A stretch of 63,966 nt of DNA, counting the filler, from Reticulomyxa filosa (Eukaryota; Protista; Foraminifera), in assembly GCA_000512085.1 (NCBI GenBank). It is 10 parts of 10 records of this genome, joined end to end, with 100 filler letters (N's around TTAATTAATTAA, not from the genome) between each part and the next. Parts side by side here need not be neighbours in the genome. Positions count along the whole stretch, not along the records: positions 52,434 to 56,694 come from ASPP01007580.1; positions 56,795 to 59,267 come from ASPP01028289.1; positions 59,368 to 61,452 come from ASPP01006901.1; positions 61,553 to 62,845 come from ASPP01021013.1; positions 62,946 to 63,966 come from ASPP01038464.1; 5 more parts are not named here. The stretch is one strand, 5' to 3'. The translations under genes were made by a program, and so were the position numbers. Below the pieces are notes generated by a model. The model did not search any database and was not told the origin of the DNA. It was given only the letters and a program-made list of their open reading frames with translations. Below, piece after piece: positions 55,041 to 63,966 of this stretch (its first letter is position 1; every line of letters begins with the position of its first letter).

Positions 55041-56694
55041 TCAACTTTTCAAGAAAGACAATATATATTGAACCATTACAATGGGTATGCGTGCCCAAGG
55101 GCACAATTTGTTACTCTCATTTTTATTAACACCAATCCAAACTAATCTCTCAATACTCCAAGGAATATGTACGTCTGGGATTTTTAACGCAAATGCTATT
55201 CCAAGTTCTTTTGACCCTTTTGCAAATGTACCCCCAACTTGAACCAATAACGAGCCAACACGTATTACCTTTTGTTTAACATATATTTTTTTCCTATAGT
55301 ATCTCCGTTAACATCAAGATGTGAAAAAAAAAGTTCCAAACTCTGGTTCCCTGGATATAGTCAGGAGGGGGGTTGCTGTGATCAGTTTTGCATGCTGGTA
55401 TTTGTTCCCATCGATTTTGCAGCAAATGATAACGATAAACAGTTTGACTAACTTTTTCTTTAACATCTGGTTTCATGAGCGAAAGCTCCACCCCGAATAA
55501 CACATACAAGCATTTCTGAAACGGATCAAAGTAGCATGGTAATCGTACAGGACACACTCGAAAGTTGGCTGGAACAATTCGAAAGATAGAGTTGGGGACG
55601 TTGCTTTGCCAAGGCGAAAGTCCATAATCAATTCGTGACCACACGTACGTATTTAAATCGAGCACGTGCAGATCATTTAATGTCGACGTTGCATAGCATC
55701 CACCGAACACAAACATCAAATCTCCAGTGATGAATGAGTAATGTTGGGATCGAGGGCACGGTACGCGTCCATGACATGGTAACAATTGCATCGTCAAAAA
55801 GGGGCCTTTATAAAAAATTATAGGTTATAACCCCAAAAAATTTTTATTAAAAAAAATTGTAAAAAAAAAAAGTTTTTATTTTCACTTGCCGTTTGGAACA
55901 GGTTCGTCATGATATTGAAGAGGTTCTTGAGTTTCTTCTTCTTCTCTCGTATCATAGCGCTGTCGCCAAAATGTAAAACGGTAGGTGGTATTATGATAGA
56001 CATAAGGTCCGCCGTTGCAAAACTGTCCACCGAACAAATACATCTCAAAATGAGGACGATTTTGAAGTATCGGATCATGGTTGATATCTTCAAACTCTTT
56101 GTGATAGCTTTTCTCCATCCAAGGCTCTTGTACTTCTTCCTCTTGCGTCGTCGTTCCATTGTTTCCTCCTCCTTGTCCGTCATCTTTCGATTCCGTGTCA
56201 CTTTTTATCTCCACTTGTTTTTTTTTTCCTTTTCGAAAAACGGTTCAATTGATTTCAAAGCGACTTTACCACGATAGCGGCATGTCTTTTTTTTACGTTT
56301 TTTTTTTTTTAAGAGGGAGGGGGGGGGGGGGGGGTATGGCTTGGTTAGTTTAAAAAAATAAAAAGTGTGATGCAAGATCAAAAAACTTGGAGTAACAAGA
56401 CGTGACGCGATAGAATGCAAAGCAGCTGTATCCGGCCACTTTTCTCCGTCAAACTTGTATCGTTGATCTTGATGAAGAGCAGATCCACCTACTAAACCAT
56501 ACCACGTATACGTCTTCTTTGTTTTTTCTGCCGAGTTGTCTGCTGAAGCGTTCCGGATCACCAACAATCGACAATCGGCAAAGTTGGATTTGGTATCAAA
56601 TCCACCAAAAAAAAATAAGGCATGCAAAGGCGGGATGTACACACAATCATGCGAAAATCTTTTTTTTTTTTTTTTTTTATTTATTATTTAAAAA
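55041..56694 (-). CDS. Kelch-repeat protein, 3' part, multi-exon
   Basis: LFFFGGFD, MYLFGGQ, PCPRSQH..MFVFGG..LNDLHVLDLNTYVW; C-terminal IPWSIERLVWIG..ILSFLKS*. Confidence 0.8.
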
Positions 56695-56794
56695 NNNNNN
56701 NNNNNNNNNNNNNNNNNNNNNNNNNNNNNNNNNNNNNNTTAATTAATTAANNNNNNNNNNNNNNNNNNNNNNNNNNNNNNNNNNNNNNNNNNNN

Positions 56795-56952
56795 TCCAGT
56801 CGCATAACTTCGAATGCGTCAATGAAATTTCTTGGCCCGGCAATATATCCTCCAAATACACCAAAGGCTTTTCCTAGAGTGCCCGAGATTAAAATGATTC
56901 GATCAGATTTTCCATCTTTTTGTGCAACACCTCCTCCTTTATATCCATAAAT
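56795..56952 (-). pseudogene. 5-aminolevulinate synthase (ALAS/HemA) fragment containing the PLP-lysine motif
   Basis: IYGYKGGGVAQKDGKSDRIILISGTLGKAFGVFGGYIAG..FIDA(I)RSYATG (one base missing near 56815). The upstream DEVHAVG motif is absent and replaced by a stop-containing frame. Confidence 0.8.
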
Positions 56953-57677
56953 TCAATATTGATCCTTTCATACTGCAGATGTATGCAGATCAAACGCAAG
57001 TTTGTCGTCCTCCTTTTTCGTATCGCCACTGTCATCAATGCTAACAAGGATCTTCTCTTTCTTGTACTTCTCATTTGTTTGCGTTTCAAAGCTGATAATT
57101 CTATTGGAAGGATCACCGAGTTCTTGAGCTTAAGAACAGCCAGGGTGTGCATATGCTCCAGCAATGGGCCAAAGGGGATGTCATTGCTGATCAAGGATCA
57201 AAGGCCAAAGTGCATCTTTGGGTTGTAAAACAAAAATATAGTGATAGTTTTTTTGTCTATCTTTTTGGATTTTTACTTTGTTGTCATTTCTCGGGGTTTA
57301 TCCATTTACAAATGATTTTTGTGTTAAATGTTTCACATGTGTCTTTTTCTTAGTACGGATATTCAAAAAAAAAGAGGCAAGATTTTTTTATTCTAACTTT
57401 TTTTGATTTCAGAATTTAAAATTGTTGTGTTTTGACATATGATTTGTGATATAAAAAAGTAACAGACTTTTTTTTTTTAAATCATTTTTTTTGGATGATT
57501 GATTATCAGCATCACAAAATTAAGTTTCGCCTCAAGTGCGTGTGAACTTCCTGTTCGTGTTCCTAAAACTTTTTAATTCTAACTGAACGAAACATTATTG
57601 ATTTCGAGTTCTTTAGTTGTCCAGATATCCTTTCTTTTTGTCTCTTCTGTTTTTTTCCTTTTATAGTACCGTAAGTC

Positions 57678-58052
57678 ATGAGCAGCACAGTTCAAGACGA
57701 CAAAGTGTTAGCAGCAATCGCGGACACTGAACACAAAGAAAATAATGAAAACTCGACTGACAACAACGATGCAGCAAACAAGAATAAAACAGAGAAAGAA
57801 ATAAAAATTATAGGAGACGAAGAAATGGAAGAAAGAGTGGAGAAAATTCGAGGAATGAAAAATATGCGTAAAACTCTAATACCACAAGTGGAACAAATTA
57901 TCTCTTTCATGGCCATTCCTTTTTTAGGAGCATTCGCTTTGAAAAAGCTAGGATTTGCAATTCCTGTGCTGCCCACTGTTGCGGGTGTATCATTTTGTTG
58001 GAGATGTCACCAAGGGACTGATTTATCCAAAGTATCCTTTTTAAAAACATGA
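57678..58052 (+). CDS. Small intronless hypothetical protein with C-terminal hydrophobic segments
   Basis: 124 aa ATG-initiated ORF with acidic N-terminus and IISFMAIPFLGAFAL / FAIPVLPTVAGVSF hydrophobic stretches. Confidence 0.6.
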   Translation: MSSTVQDDKVLAAIADTEHKENNENSTDNNDAANKNKTEKEIKIIGDEEMEERVEKIRGMKNMRKTLIPQVEQIISFMAIPFLGAFALKKLGFAIPVLPTVAGVSFCWRCHQGTDLSKVSFLKT

Positions 58053-59510
58053 TATAATGGGATTCTTAGAAAAACTTGATCACACGACATTAAATTTGTA
58101 TTAAAAGAAAGCAAACAGAGAAAAAATGAATGTGTAGGGCATCGTCTATCATATAAATGTGATAAGTTAGTGTAAGAAGAAACAGCATTTTGTTAATATT
58201 TTTTAATGAAGCAAGTAATAATGGAAAAAATCAATTTTTATAAGATGGTTAAAAAATCGTGAAGTGCTTCGGGTTTGGACTTTGAGCTTATCATTTTCAC
58301 ATAGAGGGAATGTGATCAAAACTTCCCTTTTTGTGTATTATTCAATTTAAACATCGTAAAAACACTGAGCCATTCACCAATTAAAACTGTAACATCAAAT
58401 ACAAGGATAAAATGTTTTGCACACCGTAATATCCCATCCGTCTTTCAATACAAAACAAAAAAAAATAAAGATAAAATAAAAACTGCTCAAAAAACAATAA
58501 CCAAAACGTTTTTGGAAAGGAATGGGATAATGTGCAATAGTATAAGAGTAATAAAAAAGAGTATGACACAAAAAAAAAAACCAAACAGCACCACGCTTTT
58601 CTTAATAAAACTAAACAACCAAAAAAAACCAATCTAACAAACAAAATTAATTTTTTGGTTGTTATGTACATTTGGTCACAATACATTATGCTAATAAGTA
58701 AAATGACTGGCAAAAAACTTTACAACACACAAAAGCCAAAGAGCAACCAACGTGTACAAAACCAATTGGAAGAAAAAGCTATTTATATCACTTTTCCACT
58801 AGATCAATTAAATCTTATGTTCTTGTCAGTTTGGTTTTTTAAAAAAAATAAAACATCATTAACGGTCGTGTGCATGCAATTATTTATTGACATTCTTTTT
58901 TGACCCAAGTAAAAATAAAAAACGCACACATGAACCCGACCATTGTTTTTAGGTGTAATCACAAACAAGCAAAGAAGCCAAAAAAAAGAAAAAAGAGATT
59001 AAAAGAGAGAGAAAAGAGAGAAATCGAACAAGAATAATGGGGGGGGGGGAAAAAAAAAGGAAATAAAAACCTGTTAAATGAAGAGAAAGTTGATATCTTG
59101 GGCACTACAAAGTTGTTTGTAGGCTTTTGCACATTCAAATTGAATAACATGTGAAAAATTTCTGTCTACCATACGTCCCAAGTTACTACTGCTGTCCAAT
59201 GGATCTTCGATTGCAAACTTGACAAAAAAAAAAAAAAAAATGTTTATATTATTATAATGACAAGTTANNNNNNNNNNNNNNNNNNNNNNNNNNNNNNNNN
59301 NNNNNNNNNNNTTAATTAATTAANNNNNNNNNNNNNNNNNNNNNNNNNNNNNNNNNNNNNNNNNNNNCTCCCCTTTGTTCGTATATATGTATATATTATT
59401 TTTTTTTGTGTTACCTTTTTTTTTTTTTTTCATATGCAAAACTATGATACGTGCTATTGTACTCTGTTGTGTGCGAAAAAAAGGAACAAATGACAAACAC
59501 GAAAAAAAGG

Positions 59511-61399
59511 GCAGGACATCGGAAGAACAAAAAGGAAGCGAGAGGAAGCTCGAGCTGGTCGGAGCAATCACAGATCTGTTAAATATTCGCAAAGCGCCGG
59601 CGCCCGATGATTACTGGTCATGTCATTTGTGCACATACAACAACACTCTCACTGCCACGTCTTGTGACGTGTGTGGAACTGCAAGACTAACCCCAGCCAC
59701 GGTATATACATATACATATATATATATATAATATATATTTATATATTTATATATTTATATATTTATATTTGTATGTGTTGCCTTTGTACATGTATTAACA
59801 TATCTGTCCATGCTTTGCGAACATATTGTGCAATAGAAAAACGAAAACTCGTCGACGCAAAACGGAGGCAGTGCTGCTGATGTCGATACGTCATCTTCGC
59901 GAGATCTGACAAAGGACACAGGCACTGATGACGGAGCCGATCCTGAGGATGAGGGCGACGGATCGGGATTGCTAGCGAAAGCGGTACCGATGCGGGAGGC
60001 ATGGACATTGACCAAATATCGATTGAACCGATCCCTTCCGAAACAGGCAGACGACATTCTAAAAAACAGCGATCTGTGACCCATTTGGCTCATTTCAGAG
60101 CTAGCGATAGCGATATCAATCGTCCGAATGTGCGCTACTTGTTTGTTTGTTTATTTATTTGTTTTTTTTTTCCAAATAATCCAAGCAAAGCTTCGATTTT
60201 TTTTTTTTTTGCTTGAATGGACGGACATTAGACATCCTCGCAACAGATCGACCCTGAAAAATCGCAAAAGACTCGACCCTCATCGTCTCGGGTTTTGTGT
60301 CTGTTCTCTGTGTATCGGAGCTCCCCTTGACGTGTGTGACTCCACTCACAAATAAATAAAAAAATAAAAAGACACAAGCAAATTCGTGGATATGCGAAAC
60401 GTGCTCGTATGGAGAAAACTCTTTGAACACGCCTGTGTGTCAGGTGTGCGGGGCCGTGCCTCCTGAAAGACCGCCTGCTCCTCAGACGTCTGTTGACAGT
60501 AAAACCAATACTAATGATATCAATAGCAATAGCAATAGCAATAGCAATATTAATATCAATAATATCAATAGCAATAGGAATAGCAGCAATGACAATAGCA
60601 ACGATGCGAAAAAGAAGAATGAAAAAAATGCCAGCGAACATAAAAAACACGAAGAGTTGATCGACCCTTTGGAAGTGGCTACGGGAAATTCCATTTCGAA
60701 TTTGGAGGTCACCAAAGTGTCGCGGTGAGTCCATGTTTTTTATTATTTATTATTTATTATGTATTGTTTGTACAACAACAACAACAACACAGACAGCAGT
60801 ACACACCAAAAAAAAAAATAGACAGAAGTAAAGCATCATCAAGTAGCAGCTCATCCAACGGGCGGTCCTCAGACAAAGTGCAGACAAACAATGTCGCCTC
60901 AAACCACTCGGAACGTCAACATGACGCTTATACTATTTTGGACGGTGTACACGAGCTGAACAAATTTTATTCTGCCAGTTTCGAGGACATAAAAATCAAA
61001 CATAAAAAAAAATAAAAAAAAAAAAAAAATAACAACAAATAAAATAAAATAAAATAAAATAAAATAAATAATAATAAAAAAGAGGAAGAACATCCGAACA
61101 CAACGGAGAATGCAAACAAGGCGGGTCAATGGAAATTGGGCGACTTGTTCCAGCGCATAGTCGGAGGGGTGCCTCAACCGGAACTCCCGTTCCCATTTCC
61201 AAACAGTGCCACCAATCGAAGTAACAACGGTGCCGACAAATCATTGGACGACGAAAACAATGCGAGGGAGCCATTGTTTTTCAAGACCGACAGTATGAGT
61301 GACATTGATTGGAGTACCAAATTCAGTATCGCTCAACTGCCGCTCAAAGACGCTGAAAAGATTTCACAAAAGCTAATGAAACTGGAGTTGAGCGAATAA
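59511..61399 (+). CDS. RanBP2-type zinc-finger protein, 3' part, multi-exon
   Basis: WSCHLCTYNNTLTATSCDVCGTAR and WICETCSYGENSLNTPVCQVCGA fit W-x-C-x2-C-x3/4-N-x6-C-x2-C. Confidence 0.78.
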
Positions 61400-61416
61400 T
61401 CGTGCTTGTTATTTCT

Positions 61417-61452
<36 letters not shown>

Positions 61453-61552
61453 NNNNNNNNNNNNNNNNNNNNNNNNNNNNNNNNNNNNNNNNNNNNTTAA
61501 TTAATTAANNNNNNNNNNNNNNNNNNNNNNNNNNNNNNNNNNNNNNNNNNNN

Positions 61553-62283
61553 AAAAAAAAAAAAAAAAAGATACAAAGACACGCCTAAATGCTGTGCAAT
61601 AGCTGCTCTGGCATCGGCGATGGTCGAATTGATAAGGATGCGCACGTGCAAAGATAGGTTGCGCAGATTGTGATTGGACAGCCCTAGATCTGCTCCATGG
61701 TGATTGGACAGCGCCTGGTCGACGACTACGTTCACTGTCACCGTGTTCGAGTTTAGAAACAAACAGCTCGTTTTCACCAATGGCTTAATCTGATAATAGT
61801 CGGCCAATCGAATCAATGCCTGTAAATACGTTATGCTGTGCACTCGCAACTGGTCACTCACCATCCAGTGCAGCATCGTTCGAAACACTATTGGGTCTAC
61901 ATCAGGAAGGGGAATTTGGCTGTTTGCTTTTTTTTTTTTTTTAAAAAAAAAAAGGGGGCTTTGCCATGTTTAATCAATTTTTTTTTTCCCCTTTTTTTTT
62001 TTTACCATTTGATTCAAGCATTGTCGAGTTGAACATTGCTTCGAACACTGGACAATGCACGGCCAACAATCCCTTGTTTGCACCTATTATCTCTTCATTC
62101 TTTCCTTTGCCCACAATAAATGTCACGTCATGAAATTGAGGCTCTCTTATCAAACGTAACCAACTTCGTAAAAATGAACTTTTATCTGTCTGCTCCTTTT
62201 TTTGTTCGAATTAACAGTTACTTTTATTAGTTGTATAGACAAAGCAAAAAAAAACCAATCCAAAGAAAACTTACTCCTGACAT
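61553..62283 (-). CDS. BTB/POZ-domain protein, 5' part (3' end lost in gap)
   Basis: FHDVTFIVG..IGANKGLLAVHCPVFEAMFNSTMLES; IPLPDVDPIVFRTMLHWM..LIRLADYYQIKPL. Confidence 0.88.
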
Positions 62284-62945
62284 CTGCAAAGAAATATTGC
62301 TTTTAGATAGACAGATATATATATTTCTGATTGATTTGTTTTGTTTGAATGCCTCAGTCACCCCTTTTGGTTCGGTTTCCAACTTGTGGTGTAGACGTCT
62401 GTAAAATCACTTCACTCCTTTTTGCCTTTTATAGAGCAATTACACTCTTAAAACAAATTTTAAATATGTCAATCTAAAAAGAAAGTGCCATGATCGTCAT
62501 TTTGATATTACGAGAATAAACTGTATAAAGTTTGTATTTAGAAATTTTGTGAGTATTCAATTGGAGAGGGAAATATGAATGTTTTAGTGAGTGCATTGCA
62601 TGTAACAACACAAAAAGTAGATTCAGAAAAACAGGAAGCGTTTGTTTTTCCTAAGAACGAAAGAATAAAAAGTGGAAAACGAAGCGAAGTGAGTCATATT
62701 TTGGGTAAGATGTAAGATATGTTAAAAACTACTGTGAACAATTTTTTTAAAAAGAAGGAGACACTTTAAAAAAGTGTTCGTGTGAATAGACTTTCAATGG
62801 TCTCACTTTTGAACAATGAAAAAAGGAGGCGAATATTTATAATGTNNNNNNNNNNNNNNNNNNNNNNNNNNNNNNNNNNNNNNNNNNNNTTAATTAATTA
62901 ANNNNNNNNNNNNNNNNNNNNNNNNNNNNNNNNNNNNNNNNNNNN

Positions 62946-63966
62946 TGATAATGACATTCCATCAATTTTATTTTTTTTAATAATTTCATGAAATTGATTG
63001 ATTTTTGATTTTTTACATTTCAAAGTATGTCCAATGAAAATTGAAATTTCTTGTGAATTCCATGTACTCCATTTCTTTTTTAATTCATTCCAATCTTTTT
63101 CTATCCAATTATTATTTTCTTCAGTCAATTTTTGTAATTTATCATTCAATTTATTAAATCCTTCCAATACATTGTTATTAAAGTCTTGGATTTTATTGAT
63201 TGCAATAATTTGTTGTTCCTTTTGTTGTTTTTGAATTAATATATCTCTTTCAATTGAACAAAGATTGTTATATTGTTCTATGCATTTTGTATAATTCAAA
63301 ATTGCTTCATCCATTTGATTCTTCAATTCTTTTTTTTCCAAATATTTTTTATTAATTTCTTGTTGTATTGATTTTTGTTTTTCGATCATTTCTTTAAAAT
63401 CTTTTGATGCACTATTTGCATCCATCTATGCATTCAAACAAAAATCAATGTATAAATGATATACATACAAATAAATATAAAATTAAACCTTGATAGATAA
63501 TTGATATAAAAGTAATGTTCTAATTGTGGATGAAATATCATTCATCCGAATCAAATCATTTTTTTTAGTTTGTTGAAATTCACCATCAATACTCCAAATG
63601 TCATCCCAATTCATTTCATTCAATTCAATTCTTTTTTCTTCATCTAATTCTTTCAATTCCTTTTCAAATGTTTGTATTTGTGTTTTCATCTTTTTCCATT
63701 CCTCTGAAATTTCTATTTCACCCTTATTTTCTTTTTCATCTTCAATCGTTCTTTCTTTTTCAAATGGAATTATGTATGATATTTCCAATTTCATTTCTTT
63801 TTTTAACTCATACATCTTTAGCATTTTCAATAATTCTTCTTTTTCAAATAGCTGTTCTACATTCACACTCACATGCATTTCCTGTATTTCACCTTTTGCA
63901 TTCTTTCCACCAATGACATGAGCATTTGTGTCGCCATCACTCAAAATTGCAAAAGAGAAAGATATT
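62946..63966 (-). CDS. Kelch-like/coiled-coil/SAM-like family protein, internal fragment
   Basis: AILSDGDTNAHVIGGKNAKG (last Kelch-like blade), long E/K coiled coil, then WSTWNSQEISIFI..KNKIDGMSL (SAM-like). One GTTTAA..CATAG intron ending at 63426. Confidence 0.7.

Noticed and set aside
55041-57215. Kelch gene continuing across the 56695-56794 gap
   Set aside because: The sequence beyond the gap is an ALAS fragment, so adjacency across linkers cannot be trusted.

Overview
AT-rich, intron-containing eukaryotic genomic DNA, not prokaryotic. It is a draft scaffold of ten contigs joined by nine artificial 100-nt linkers (N44-TTAATTAATTAA-N44). The WD40, Kelch-like and Kelch/coiled-coil/SAM paralogue families, the low-complexity proteins and the base composition strongly suggest a foraminiferan such as Reticulomyxa filosa (inference from recall, no search run). 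Recognisable genes: PhlG/DAPG-hydrolase-like protein, ABHD17-like hydrolase, MpaB/Lcp-family oxygenase, Popeye/cNMP membrane protein, importin alpha, FolB, adenosine kinase, DPM1, MO25/CAB39, a KH protein, a WD40 protein, a COA3-like protein, sphingosine kinase, a strongly atypical G-alpha, an ABCA transporter, VPS39, stomatin, and Kelch, RanBP2-ZnF and BTB proteins. Unannotated in the ORF track are a decayed kinesin pseudogene, Kelch-like and WD40 pseudogene fragments, an ALAS fragment fused to an unrelated decayed ORF, and a dispersed non-coding repeat. The most notable signals are (1) GTT-dominated 5' splice sites with A-rich AAG acceptors, (2) repeated single-base frameshifts in otherwise intact genes, (3) a G-alpha with degenerate switch motifs, and (4) bacterial/fungal-type PhlG and MpaB/Lcp enzymes. 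No rRNA, tRNA, CRISPR array or intact transposon was seen.
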